A stretch of DNA of 36,127 nucleotides from Octopus sinensis (lineage: Eukaryota): positions 1 through 36,127 of the forward strand of contig NW_021831928.1 of assembly GCF_006345805.1 (NCBI RefSeq), given 5' to 3'. Positions 11,940 to 24,640 of the stretch are shown in pieces. Position numbers and translations under genes: made by a program. Position 1 is the first letter of the stretch. Each line of letters starts with the position of its first letter. Under the pieces are notes generated by a model. It was not told where the DNA came from. It was given only the letters and a program-made list of their open reading frames with translations, and made no database searches.

Positions 11940-11994
<55 letters not shown>

Positions 11995-12072
11995 CATCAT
12001 TACTACTACTCCTACTACTACTCCTACTACTCCTACTACTACTCCTACTACTACTACTACTACTACTACTAA

Positions 12073-12124
<52 letters not shown>

Positions 12125-12162
12125 ACTGCTACTACTACTACTGCTACTACTACTACTACTGA

Positions 12163-12256
12163 ATGAGAGAGCAGCGCATACCATCAAAGTGTCACTTATA
12201 TGAAGCCCAATATATCCATCATGACTACTTGTCTGATAAGGGTACACCAGGCACAT
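12163..12256 (-). mobile_element. 5'-truncated copy of TAA-tailed repeat family D
   Basis: gagagagcagcgcataccatcaaagtg...ctgataagggtacaccaggcacatg matches the 3' end of 13939-14476 and 29843-30401. Flanked by trinucleotide tracts on both sides. Confidence 0.75.
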
Positions 12257-12311
<55 letters not shown>

Positions 12312-12329
12312 CATTATCCTCATCATCAT

Positions 12330-13110
12330 CGACGAAGACGTCGCACAGTATACAATCTTGTGATGTTGTAGATTGTAAAGATTGACTGTACAGAGGACTT
12401 GTGTTGCCTATCAAGTCACAACAAGGACCACAGAGGGTCACTATTTTACGCAATATTCGTGCAGTTCCAAGTGAAACCGATTTTTGCAACACATTAAGAT
12501 TGTAGGGTATTTCTAATGTTTCCAGGCGTTTCTTCAATTTGGGTGGTATTGAATCCAATGCTCCGATAACGACAGGAACAGCTGTTATGTTTGACTCTCG
12601 TAGCTGCCACAGGTTGGCGATCTCAATTCTCTGGTCTCCGTATTTCTCAACCTGTTCTCTTTCTTTCGTGATAATACGTTGATCTCCTGATACTGCCACG
12701 TCGATTATTAAGCACCCTTTCTTGTACCTCTTAAGGGCTACTATATCTGACCTTCGTTGCTGTAGCACCTTGTCTATCTAGGAGTCAAAGTCTCAGATGA
12801 TCTTTGCCTTCTCGGTTTCGTCCATTACCTTTTCCGGTGTATGCTGGTACCATTACCTTATATCCGTACTCCTGGTACAGTAGTCAGTGAAGGTTTCGTG
12901 GGTGCCTTATATTTTCACCAGTAATCTCTTTGCGCAAGTCTTTCACGAGATCTAACAATGTGAGTCACGCTTTCGACCTTCTTCCCAAAGATTCCCACAC
13001 AATCGTTGCACTTGTTTGGCATAAATCCTTTTTCAGTGAGTCGGTGCTCAATGCCTGGTCCTGGGCATCGATGATCAGGCTTTCAGAGCTTCCAGGTCCT
13101 TTTTAGTTGT
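12330..13110 (-). mobile_element. R4/Dong-type non-LTR retrotransposon 3' end (restriction-like endonuclease)
   Basis: Reads ESLIIDAQDQAL, then a degenerate zinc knuckle (VESVTHIV), then RRSDIVAL...CLIIDVAV...KEREQVEKY...VPVVIGALDSI...LQKSVSLGTARILRK. Followed by a (TAA)n tract on the minus strand. Confidence 0.85.
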
Positions 13111-13149
13111 TAGTTTTGCGGCGGAACTCCATCGTTTCTCGGCTGAATA

Positions 13150-13790
13150 CGGTGTCAGTTTGAAGACTAAAATAAGTATAAACAAACCTTGTACTTTAAG
13201 CACACTTTTGTACGGGCAGAATCATGGACTCTCTACTCCAGATATATAAAGAAACTTGAAACCTTTCACATGTGCTGTCTGCACAATATTTACAACATAA
13301 AATGGCAAGATAAGATATGAAATGTCAACATTTTAGAAAAATTTGATATCTTCATAATCAAAAAGATGCTGTGCAGAATTTTGTGCAAATTGGATGACAT
13401 GTTCGAATGAAACATAATCGCAATCCGAAAATCCTTTTGTGTGGCCAACAAGCAGAGAGATGCCGCGGCAAAGGAAGACCCATCCTTAGGTATAAGGATA
13501 AGTTGAAGCAATCAATAAAGTTTCTACAGCTTAATTTGACATCTTAGGAAAGCCATTGCCTGGATCGATCTGCGTGGCGTAAAATGTGTCATGATGCAGC
13601 AAAACAATTTGAGTTGAAAAAATCAAAACAAAAAAAAAAAAAAGCCACATCCTGCAATCAACAGACACCTTTGTCCAGGCAAAATCATCAGTGTCCGCAT
13701 TGTGACTTCATACCAAAGTCCATACCAGGACTGATATTACGTCCAGGCATCCATCGCAAATAGGAGCAACGTCTTTTATTTTCAATCCCT
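13150..13790 (+). mobile_element. RTE (BovB-like) LINE 3' fragment
   Basis: Frameshifted motifs TLLYG/ESWTLYSRYIKKLETFH, HVRMKHNRNPKILLCG, GRPILRYKDKLKQ and DRSAWRK, plus a terminal QCPHCDF Cys motif. Confidence 0.8.
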
Positions 13791-13874
13791 TTTTTTTTGT
13801 CTTTTCCTTTAAACACTCAACTGTCGAAATCGATGGGAGGACCATCATCATCATCATCATCATCATCATCATTA

Positions 13875-13924
<50 letters not shown>

Positions 13925-13938
13925 GTTATTATTATTAT

Positions 13939-14476
13939 TGAGTGAGAGAGCAGTTTATGCCATCAAAGTGACACTGGGGTAAAATATACGAAGCCCAGTA
14001 TACCCATCATGACTACCCGTCTGATAAGGGTACACCAGGCACATGCATCACAACCATATGTGCGCAACATGGTGATCTCCTTTCAAGATAAACAGCGCAT
14101 GACCTTGCAGGTGGGGCCCAGTTAGAATTTTCTTCAGGTCGAGTAGCCCATGCTATTCAAAAAGTACCTGAATAAGGTTTGTTTAAAGATGTTGAACGGA
14201 ACGCCCATGTTTCCAGAGGTGAATTATTCAAACTCCATACATTTCCTCTCAACATATGGCTATGATGCTCCTCAACTACTCCTGCTCTTGATCACAAATG
14301 CACATATCATCAGCCATTAAGGAACGCGTTCAACAGGTTAAGGTCAAACAACTGACAAGCAAATCTGTGGTATTGAGCAGACTGTTTGCTGTAGCCCATC
14401 TTTTATACCAAGACAAAGCAATGTACATGATAACACTTCCAATCAGTTAAGATCAAAAGCCATGAGAGCCACTGCC
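13939..14476 (-). mobile_element. Non-coding interspersed repeat family D with (TAA)n tail (SINE-like)
   Basis: Colinear with 29843-30401 over ~540 bp. Both abut TAT tracts, and their homology ends at the same point (catgagagccactgcc). Confidence 0.8.
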
Positions 14477-14510
14477 AGATCAACGTCATTATCATTATTA
14501 TAAATATCAA

Positions 14511-14730
14511 AGCGGCAAGCTGGCAGAATCGTTAGCACGCCGGGCAAAATGCTTAGCGGCATTTCGTTTGTTACTACGTTCTGAGTTCAAATTCTGCTGT
14601 GTTTTGACTTTGCATTTTCACCCTTACGAGGTCGATAAAATATGTCCCAGTTGAGTACAGGGGTCGATGTAATAGTTTTATCGCTTCTCCCAAAATTTCA
14701 GGCTCTGTACCTTCAGCAGAAAAGATTATT
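14511..14730 (+). mobile_element. tRNA-derived SINE family A
   Basis: agctggcagaatcgttagcacgccgggc head and B-box-like gagttcaaattc, followed by gtcgataaa...gggtcgatgtaat. Multiple copies in the window. Confidence 0.8.
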
Positions 14731-15043
14731 ATCGTTGTTGTTCTAGTTGTGTAGGCCCGTTGTTGCGTGCCTTTTGTTCAAGTGGAATGTTCTGGAAGGC
14801 TGTTCAGGGTAAGAACATGGCCTTTTCGATTTCCTGATTGACAGACACCGTCTCGGATTCTATTCAGGCTTTTGTATTGTACCGATGTAAGTTGACAGTC
14901 TAACGTGATGTCTAACTTCCTCTCCGGCTAAAGTTTCTGTTTATTTATATAGATGTGTACATCTATATAGCTGACATAAGCACACATACGCACGCGCACT
15001 CTCGTCTGTATGGCTGTACGTGAGTTCTTAGCTACCTACGTGC

Positions 15044-15074
<31 letters not shown>

Positions 15075-15222
15075 CCTATCTACCTATCTACCTACATACC
15101 TACCTACTTATCTATCTATCCATCCATCTATCTTTCTATCTATCTACCTACTTATCTATCCATCATCTATCTATCTACCTACCTACCTATCTATCTACCC
15201 ATCCATCCATCCATCTATCCAC

Positions 15223-15263
<41 letters not shown>

Positions 15264-15842
15264 AACTTTCTGTTTGTCTTTATATAAATTTACTTATATA
15301 CAGGCACAAATACGTACACACACACACATGCACACACACACACACACACTCACACACGCTCACACCCACACACATGCACACACACACACACTCACACGCA
15401 CTCGCACCCACACACACAGAGTCGGTGGTTCCCACGCATTTTCGATCGAATCTCCTGCGAGTCAACATGGGATCCCTTGATGACAATATAATCTTCATTT
15501 GCCTAAGGTATCTTTGGCCCAATGAGAAGCTGGCGGATAACCCCTCGTCTGGATAATTACTACTTCCGAAGTTCTCCTAGCTACGAAACACATATAGCCT
15601 GGATTTTACCTTCTCCATTCCCTAATTCTGGATTTCTATTCGCATACACAGCAACCCCAGCTGCTAACCGTAAACTAGAAAATAACTTCTTTCAGCTGAT
15701 CGAACTTCGATGGGGGAAAATTTTACAACCTTCTACGTCAACAAACCTCTTCAGTCCGTGAATGTTTTTTTTTTTTATACTTTCTCCGGACTTCTCGAAG
15801 CTTACTAATTTCCTACACCTTGATCCTTGGATCTTACCTTTA

Positions 15843-15862
15843 CATACACACACACACACACA

Positions 15863-15893
<31 letters not shown>

Positions 15894-16679
15894 ACATATA
15901 CAATGCATACACACACACACACACACACATATACAATGCATACACACACACACACAACATATACACATGCATACACACAACACAACACAATACATGCTAC
16001 ACACATACACACAACATATCACATGCATACACACACACACACACCACACACCACACACAAACACACACACAACATATACACATGCATACACACACACACA
16101 CAACATATACACATGCATACACACACACCACAACATATACACATGCATACACACACACACACACAACATACACACATGCATACACACACACAACATATAC
16201 ACATGCATACACATACACACCTGTGTGTGTACAAATATATCAACTTGTGTGTGTATATATAAACATGCCTATACACACACATATTTAAATAGGAATGCTT
16301 GTATGCATATGTATGTATATGTATGTAATTATACATATATACATACATACATAAATACATATATATATACACACACATACATACATGCATACATACATAC
16401 ACACACACATACATACATACATACATACATACATACATACATACATACATACATACATACATACATACATACATACATACATACATACATACATACGTGC
16501 GTACGTACGCCCGTGTATACCTAAGTACGCACACGAATTACTTTCCCGCTTCCATATTTCCCTCACGTGGCTTTGGCCGACTCGCAATGACTTGCCCGAA
16601 TGCGGCGCACAGTTGGGGGTCAAAGTTTGTAATGTGTTTCTGCAGCGGATTTCTAAATCACGCAGCCATGCAACCGCCA

Positions 16680-16735
<56 letters not shown>

Positions 16736-16866
16736 TGTGTGTGTGTGTGTGTGTCTGTGTGTACACTTACGGACGATGTGTTTCAGTCTCGATTTGGCCT
16801 TATTATAGATACCCGAAAAATAATCATGCATACACACAACTACACAAACATACCTACATAGAGTGT

Positions 16867-16902
<36 letters not shown>

Positions 16903-16996
16903 AGCGAGACAGAGACAGAGACAGAGACAGAGAGACAGAGAAACAGACAGACAGACAGACAAACAAACAGACAGACTGACAGACAGGCAGATAGAC

Positions 16997-17062
<66 letters not shown>
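15843..17062. repeat. Compound (CA)n-(CATA)n-(TG)n-(GA)n-(GATA)n microsatellite region
   Basis: Direct reading. Includes a higher-order unit acacacaacatatacacatgcatac repeated across 15850-16220. Confidence 0.9.
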
Positions 17063-17063
<1 letters not shown>

Positions 17064-17592
17064 CGAAAGGACAGACAGACGGGCTGACGAACGGAAGGAC
17101 GGTCGGTTGGACATATTGTCTGAATATATAAATAGATAACGTGACAATCAGATGGCCGTTTAACAAATAAAGTATGCACCCCCTCACACACACACATACA
17201 CATACACATACACACCTGTACACAATCATATGCATATACACACAAACATATTCATATATACATTGTGTACACACGCACAAGCATATATACATGTGCGTGC
17301 GTACGTGCGTGCGTGCACGTAGGCGTGTATTTACATAAATATTCTTTGTTGGCATTTTGGTTTTATTGAAGATTTGGTCTCTGGAGAATTTTGGATATTT
17401 GCTCTTTGGAATCAGTTTGACGAAATCTCTAACAATACCTGAAGCCAACTACCAAAGTTTCCCCTTATTATAACCACAGGAGTGGCAGCGACCTGCAAAC
17501 ACGCTCTTCTATAGAATACACTTTCTCTTACTTACATCATGCCACATTCTACCCGTAGCACCTCATCCACAATACACCGTATACATATACAT

Positions 17593-17624
<32 letters not shown>

Positions 17625-18017
17625 TACGCATACATGCACACGCACGCACGCTCACACATTGACACATACGCATACAGAGATCTACAAGATAACAGGCAAT
17701 CACAACCAACTAACCTGACCATGTCATGCTATACAAATGATATCAAGATATACGATCTTGTCCTTTCTCTCCCTTTCTCTCTACCCCACCCCCTCTGTCT
17801 TCCTCTATCTCCTCTTCTATGTTCCTCTATCTCTCTCTCTCCTTCTCACACACTTCCCATACATAGAACTACAAGCCAAATTAGCCAATCATCTGTCAGT
17901 AAACCAACCGCACCTTGTTACCGTATATATAAGTATTTTCTCGCCATTGTTTCCGTATCTATAACGAAAAGGCAAGACACTTGCTTTAATCCGATTTTAT
18001 TTTCCTTACAAGCAATT

Positions 18018-18052
18018 TATATAAGTTCTGCAGCTCTGTCTCTGTCCAGTTC
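18018..18052 (+). promoter_or_regulatory. Candidate TATA box + initiator (Inr) core promoter of the beta-lactamase-like gene
   Basis: TATATAAG at 18018-18025. CCAGTTC at 18046-18052 matches YYANWYY, with its A (18048) 30 nt after the first T of the TATA box. Alternative reading: tgtccag is a splice acceptor for an upstream non-coding exon. Confidence 0.5.
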
Positions 18053-18055
18053 ATC

Positions 18056-18390
18056 ATGTTGACATTCAGAGAACTGTTTGTCTTCTGCTGTTTCTGTGTG
18101 ATTATCTTCTCGGATTCTATCCAATGTCGCGCCGCAGAACAAAGATATTCTCAAAACGAAACACACGAGAAGATCTCAGTATTCGCCAACACTTTGCTTC
18201 GAGTAAAAAATTTGGTCGCAGGCGCTGTAGTTGTGGTCAAGAATGACGAAGTAGTCTACAGACAAGGTTTTGGCCGACGGAACCTAAGCAGCGAAGCTAA
18301 AGTTGATAATAATACCTTATTTGGCATAGCTTCTTTGACGAAGGCATTTGGAGCGGCAACTCTTGTTAAAGTAATTGAGGAGATGAAAAA
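18056..18390 (+). CDS. Coding exon 1 of a secreted beta-lactamase/DD-peptidase-like serine hydrolase (signal peptide + SxxK motif)
   Basis: ATG at 18056 with A at -3. Hydrophobic Cys-rich N-terminus MLTFRELFVFCCFCVIIFSDSIQC. Family-typical GAVVVVKNDEVVYRQGFGRRN and TLFGIASLTKAF (S93-x-x-K96 at 18332-18343). Donor AA|GTAAGT at 18391, phase 2. Confidence 0.93.
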
Positions 18391-18934
18391 GTAAGTTAAT
18401 ATGTTTTATGTAATTTATTTATATGCTTCTTGAGGTTTTATTTGGTAAAACCCGTTGTTTGTCAGACAAAGTAAGTTGAACTTGTTTAATTATACCTCTC
18501 TATTTTCTGGGTTCAAATACCACCGAAATTGAGTCTGCTTTGACCCTTCTCGGGGGAACATGTGGCTATAAATCCAGTGTCTATTAAAGGTGTGTGTGTG
18601 TGTGTAGGGGGCTTCAATGGGTAGATTGGTTTGGGATCTACAGCATCAAGGAAGGACCAATGAATACCCGACGGACTCTTCGCTAAAACCAAAAAGATAA
18701 GAAAATTCTCAAGCCCCCTTAAATTTTGAGAGGCCATCTTAGTAGGGCCGTGCTTAAAGCAATCTCATTCCACTTTCTCTCGAAGGTCTTGCATAAATCT
18801 CTGATAATGTGTAGAAATTAAGTCACAGACTAGCGACCCCACATAAGTCACCTCTGATCAATCGGATCTATCATCAAAGACATTCCAACAGTGACTATAC
18901 CATTTTTTTATAGTTGGGCGTCTTCAGCTAGAGC

Positions 18935-18984
18935 TGGATTTGGTAGACGGAAACTGAAAGAAGCCCGTCGTATATACATACATA

Positions 18985-19070
<86 letters not shown>

Positions 19071-19275
19071 GTGTGTTGTTGCCTGTGTTGCTCCACCACC
19101 ACCGCTTGACAATTGGTGTTGGTGTGTTTACGTCCTCGTAACCTGGCGGTTCAGCAAAAGAGACCGATAGAGTAAGTACCAGGTTTAAAAAATAGAATAA
19201 GTATAGGGATCGATTCGTTCTCCTAAAATCCTTGAGGGTGATGCCACAGCATGGCCGCAGTCTCATGACTGAAAT
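18935..19275 (+). mobile_element. SINE family B, 5'-truncated, in intron 1
   Basis: ggatttggtagacggaaactgaaagaagcccgtcg, then a (TA)n tract, then accgcttgacaattggtgttgg...cagcatggccgcag tail. Confidence 0.75.
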
Positions 19276-19754
19276 GTGTGATGGTTAAACGATCACTTAT
19301 GATTCTTTTGTTTGTTTTTGTATATTTGCTCATACTCTCTATATATTATATGATATAAAATATCACATAATATATATTATGTGATATCTTATTAAAATAT
19401 CCCTGCATATCTCACCGTTCCGTTCAGTAGCAATGCTTATGAAAACAAATTATTTTTAAAACAAGGGATATCTAAAAGCCCTTAACTACTCGATGTTCTA
19501 CAAATACATTAAATTCGGGGAAAAAATCCTTAGAAAAAGCTCGAGGTCCACAGAGCACATTACAGTAACTTACCCACTCAAAGGGCCGCAGCACACCTTA
19601 CTGCCAACCTTTGGTCTTGTCAGAGGGCGAGTAGTCTTCAAAACCATTTTTAGGGATACGAGAGTTTTGGGAAGTTCCCTACTGACTGAAGATCTGGCCT
19701 TAATGTTATTGACAGTGTGGGTTTTCCTAAAGACATCCAAGAGCCAGGCAGTGG

Positions 19755-19921
19755 CAGGACCGGCCCTGGGGTTGCTGGCTCCCCGGGTAAGCTGAACTTC
19801 GGAGCCTTTACAAGTGTAATTTTTTAAAACTTTTACAAGAAGAGAAAGTGAAAATGTAGACTAAAAAGCACATGGCGTCCCGGGCGACTACCCGAGTTGC
19901 CGGTACCTTGAGCCGACCCTG
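19755..19921. mobile_element. hAT-type MITE
   Basis: Terminal inverted repeats caggaccggccc / gagccgaccctg (9/12 match). Flanked by 8-bp direct repeats ggcagtgg (19747-19754) and ggtggtgg (19922-19929). Confidence 0.6.
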
Positions 19922-20459
19922 GGTGGTGGTGTCAAGCTTGGGGGCGGGATTTAGGTTATCACACCGCTATTCTAGTCCATGCATGGGTCGCCTTTTCCGA
20001 GGGAGGGTGGGGTGTATGAGACAAGAATTATCATTAGACTGACACTACTATTAAAAGAATCCGAGATAATTTTTCGGTGGTGTCCCACAAGTCACGGTTT
20101 CGCCCATGACTGGTCGAGACACAGAAATTGTATATATAGTTAGAGGAGAGCTGTAACTGGAAAGTTACAGGGTTCATGCTCATAATACCCACAAAGGCCG
20201 TGAACTAATCTTAACAATGAAGAGAAACCGGATTACTGGCCTCAAATAGCAAAAAGACTTCAATCAAACTGTGTCGATCTCAACACTTGATACAGAAACA
20301 TTTGGTTCTAATCATAATATTGAGAATGATTTTGCAAAATGTTCTGAAGGTCGAAGTTTTAGATAATATTATCGTAAAATACATATAATGCAGATAAATG
20401 AAATAACACGAAAATAGAATTTATGAAAGACCAAAATAAATGTTGATAATTTGCAACAT

Positions 20460-20548
20460 TTGTATGTGTATATATATATATTATATATATAATATATTAT
20501 ATATATATATATATTATATATATATATAGATAATATATATATATATAT

Positions 20549-20588
<40 letters not shown>

Positions 20589-20852
20589 ATATAAGAGAGA
20601 GAGAGAGAGAGAGATATAGACAGATATAGATATATATAGATATATATAGATATACATATATATATACACACATATATATACGTAACTATATATACAATAC
20701 ACATATATATATATATATAAAGCATACATGTATATATATATATATATATTATATATATATATATATATATACATACACACGCACATGCACACATGCACAC
20801 ACATACACACACACAGACACCACACAAATACACACACCACACACACACACAC

Positions 20853-20890
<38 letters not shown>

Positions 20891-20920
20891 ACACACACAC
20901 AACACACATAATATTATATA
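20460..20920. repeat. (TA)n/(GA)n/(CA)n microsatellite
   Basis: Direct reading. Confidence 0.95.
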
Positions 20921-21377
20921 TATACTTATCTGACCTAAAATTATTTTCTTGGAATTATTATCTTTGATAGAGTGAACACTGAATGGGCTGACGATTTTTT
21001 GTGGGGTGATCATTCTGCAAAGTTCTGATTGGGTTCAGTATTACTGTAAAGAGGAGGGCTCTAGGTTCCACCGGTGAACCTGTAGAGTAGGTGACTTTGG
21101 ACAAAGAGGGCTGACCAGTGGTTTCGCTGCTACTGGAACGCATGATAGGACTTGATCAACCTCGGCTGGGTCAACTGAGCGAGGGAGTCTGATGTGAAAA
21201 GACCCGAAACCCCATGAGACCCTAGAAACGTCGCTGACGATGCGTCTTAACACATCCACGAGATGTGACTTAAACCTAAACTGAAAATAATATTTGTGCA
21301 ATTTATTCCCGGTATGGCCAGATAATTTTGTTCACTGTTAATGTTTATCATGTATTTGTATCTAAGTACACACTCAC

Positions 21378-21657
21378 ACTTTGCTTTTCGGGGGTCGATA
21401 AACTAAGTACCAGTCGAATACTAGGCTCGGTGTAATCAGCTAGTCCTCTTCCTAAAAATTCAGGCTTTGTGCTTATAGTAAAAGATATTAATACGTTCTA
21501 TAGCAAGAAATTCTTTTCTACTCTTGGCACAAGGCCCGAAATTTTGGGGGAGAGGCCAGTCGATTAGATCGACCGCAGTACGCAACTGGTACTTTATTTA
21601 TCGACTCCGAAAGGATGAAAGGCAAAGTCGACCTGGGCGGAATTTGAACTCAGAACA
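21378..21657. mobile_element. Two SINE family A fragments in opposite orientation (+ 21378-21490, - 21507-21657)
   Basis: cttttcgggggtcgataaactaagtaccag on the + strand. ggatgaaaggcaaagtcgacc...gaatttgaactcagaac is the reverse complement of the family A body. Confidence 0.7.
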
Positions 21658-21889
21658 TAATGTTTAATAAATTACAAGTTTGTTACCTGATATTTTTAAC
21701 AATACAACTATAAAATATTTGTCAATGTCGGTCAGTTATTAAAACAAAAGTGTGCCATTAAATAACAAAAGCATAGCTTTGTCATCCGAGCAATGTATAT
21801 TTCGGTCAAATATTAAAGTTTGATATGAGTGTGTGAGCCGGGTTCTGTACACACACACATATACACACTCGCACACCACACATACACAC

Positions 21890-21957
<68 letters not shown>

Positions 21958-22148
21958 AGAAAGAGAGGAAAAGGTGAGAGCACTTTATATAATATATATA
22001 TATATATATAATTACTATATATATAATATATATATATATATGGTTAAGAAGACCCTCAATAAGGACACACATATGTGATGTATATGCATGTATGTAAGCA
22101 TATATGTGTGTATGTTTGTGCGTGTATGTGTGTGTGTGAGTGTGTGTA

Positions 22149-22702
22149 CGAGGGAGTAACCGGAAACGTTCTCTGTGGGACAAGCCCGTTGTAGCTCAGG
22201 CCTCCACCGCTAGAAGTCACTTGATTCGACCCTCGAGTATCATCAGCCGAGCGGCGTCGTACTGCCACGTGGTGCATCTTTATTTTGCAGTGCTCCCGCC
22301 AACGAATTTTGAGCGGGGATTGCAAATGAAAAAAGTTGCAGCACAACTTGCGCCTCGCTTGCTTTATGGGAAATCCAAGGCAGTCACCACTGAATTGCAT
22401 GTCGTGAACTGAAAGAACAGGTGGAATTGATCCAGACCTTTTCCTGAAGTTCATCACTGGTGATGAAAGCTGGTGCTACAGAATTTTCAGATGTGGAAGA
22501 GGTGAAGCAAAAAAAACGATGGAGATATTAAAAGGCATCACTTTAGAAGAGTTCCAGGACTGCTTCCAACAGTGGGAAACATGCCTGGACTGATGCATTG
22601 ATTGAAATGGAGAATACTTTGAAGGTGATAAAAATGTAAACATGTTAAACTAAATGATAGAATAATACTGCAAAATTCCAGTTTCTTTTGGCTACCCCCT
22701 CG
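22149..22702 (+). mobile_element. Internally deleted mariner transposon
   Basis: TA then cgagggagtaacc at the start, ...ggctaccccctcg at the end (degenerate TIRs). Remnants LQMKKVAAQLAPRLL and ITGDESWCY (first catalytic Asp) are joined to the C-terminal FSDVEEVKQK...FQDCFQQW...NGEYFEGD. Confidence 0.8.
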
Positions 22703-22769
22703 AGAATATATATTATATATATATAATATATATAATATATATATAATATATATATATATATACATATAT

Positions 22770-22950
22770 TTTTTTTTCCTCTGTCTTCCCTTCTCTAGAT
22801 CTTTCCTTCTCCTATGTTTCCGACGAAGAGCTCCGCTCGAAACGTTAAACCCTCCTTCTTCACTTCCTTCCTGAGCTTCCAATAATACAATACTTGTTCA
22901 ACGTCCTCGCGTTGTTGTGTTTTCTCTTTGTGTTTTCATGTTTGGATTAA
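22770..22950 (+). repeat. Hammerhead-motif repeat family H, copy 2 (intron 1, sense)
   Basis: gttt-CCGACGA-a-gagc-tcc-gctc-GAAACGTT-aaac at 22816-22850. Confidence 0.7.
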
Positions 22951-22973
22951 CTATATATACATATATATGTACA

Positions 22974-23213
22974 CATGCATATACGGGTACAGGACGTCAC
23001 CAACAGTAAACAACATGAAATACAAAAACAAGTGAGTTCAATACGTAAACAACGAGAGAAACAACTGGAAAATAGGACAAGTAACACAAAGAACGACCCT
23101 TCATCAGTTGTCGGCTGTCCGTCTACTCCTTTCGTTGTTTACGCATTGAACCCACTTGTTTTTGTATTTCATGTTGTTTACTGTTGGTGACGTCATGCAC
23201 CCATATATGCATG
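22974..23213. mobile_element. MITE / fold-back element with 82-bp inverted arms
   Basis: 22974-23055 is the reverse complement of 23132-23213 with about 5 mismatches, including a perfect run gacgtcaccaacagtaaacaacatgaaatacaaaaacaagtg. Embedded in TA-rich sequence. Confidence 0.85.
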
Positions 23214-23227
23214 AGTCTATATATATA

Positions 23228-23673
23228 CTCTTTTACTCTTTTGCTCTTTTACTCTTTTACTTGTTTCAGTCATTTTGACTGCGGCCATGCTGGAACACCA
23301 CCTTTAATCGAGCAACTCGACCCCGGGACTTATTCTTTGTAAGCCCAGTACTTATTCTATCGGTCTCTTTTGCCGAACCGCTAAGTGACGGGGACATAAA
23401 CACACCAGCATCGGTTGTCAAGTGATGCTAGGGGGACAAACACAGACACACAAACGTACACACACACACACACACACACACCACACACACACATATATAT
23501 ATATATATACATATATACGACGGGCTTCTTTCAGTTTCCGTCTACCAAATCCACTCACAAGGCTTTGGTCGGCCCGAGGCTATAGTAGAAGACACTTGCC
23601 AAAGATGCCAGGCAGTGGGACTGAACCAGGAACCATGTGGTTGGTAAGCAAGCTACTTACCACAGAGCCACTC
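23228..23673 (-). mobile_element. SINE family B, full length
   Basis: Complete head, internal (TA)/(CA) tract, tail ctgcggccatgctggaacaccacc, and (TCTTTTAC)-type terminal repeats. Confidence 0.85.
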
Positions 23674-23686
23674 CATATATATATAA

Positions 23687-23739
<53 letters not shown>

Positions 23740-23742
<3 letters not shown>

Positions 23743-23915
23743 CACAACAACGCGAGGACGTGGAACAAGTTTAGTGTTATTGGACGCTCAGGAAAGGAAA
23801 GAAAGAAGGAGGGTTTAACGTTTCGAGCGGAGCTCTTCGTCAGAAACGTAGAAAAAGGAAAGGTCCAAGGAAGGGAAGACGGAGAGAGAAAATCGCCAAC
23901 GATACACACGCGGTC
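23740..23915 (-). repeat. Hammerhead-motif repeat family H, copy 3 (intron 1, antisense; canonical core)
   Basis: Minus strand 23847-23813 reads gttt-CTGACGA-a-gagc-tcc-gctc-GAAACGTT-aaac. Confidence 0.75.
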
Positions 23916-24089
23916 ACATATTGAATATATATATATATAAGTCACACGCTGTAAGGGGACTCTAAAGTCAAAGTACTTCAATAAATATACACAAGTACCG
24001 AATTGGAGGGAATGAACATAAGAGGAATTCCTTTAAAAAAAGGGTTTAGTCGTATATCATTAATGGTTTCTTGGTCAGCATGGATAACA

Positions 24090-24372
24090 CGCTCTCCACT
24101 CATCAGCGCGAGGCCGTTTGTGGAAGGCCATCAGTCGCCCATGCATACCAGCCTCTCTTCTCCACACCACTGATGTCATCCAAGGGAAAGGCAAAGGGGC
24201 CGATACAGCTTGGCACCAGTGACATCGCAACTCATTTCTACAGCTGAGTGAACTGAAATAAACTGAAATAAAGTGTCTTGCTCAAGAACACAACACGCAG
24301 GCCGGTCCGGGAATCGAACTCACAACCTCACGATCGTAAGTTTGACGCTCTAACCACTGAGCCATGTGCCTT
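24090..24372 (-). mobile_element. SINE family C (variant)
   Basis: Reverse complement contains gttcgattcccggacc, ttcttgagcaagacacttt and cactcagctgtagaaatgag. Confidence 0.7.
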
Positions 24373-24640
24373 CACATACAGACATAAATGCACACATAAA
24401 CATAAGTAAATATGTATAAATAATTTGATATAGTTGTAAATGAGTGTCGGTATATGTATATACATGTGTATATATTTAGACACTCGTAATTCACATCTTC
24501 ATCAGTAAATCTGCCCTGTCAAACTCACACGCTAAACATCTCATCTTCTTATCTATTCTCCAATAGATACACTCACAGTCTCTTCTTACCAAATTCTTTG
24601 ATCTACATTTTAGGAATCAATGGAACCATTTTTGTAGTGT

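Noticed and set aside
18513-18737. 74-aa minus-strand ORF at the start of intron 1
   Set aside because: No family motif. It overlaps a SINE-like fragment and a TG tract, and the gene model is complete without it.
20950-21300. Complex GC-balanced segment in intron 1, possibly a LINE or exon
   Set aside because: No consistent frame or recognisable motif on either strand.
23095-23110. CTGATGA on the minus strand in the MITE core as a hammerhead
   Set aside because: No GAAA follows the putative stem II.
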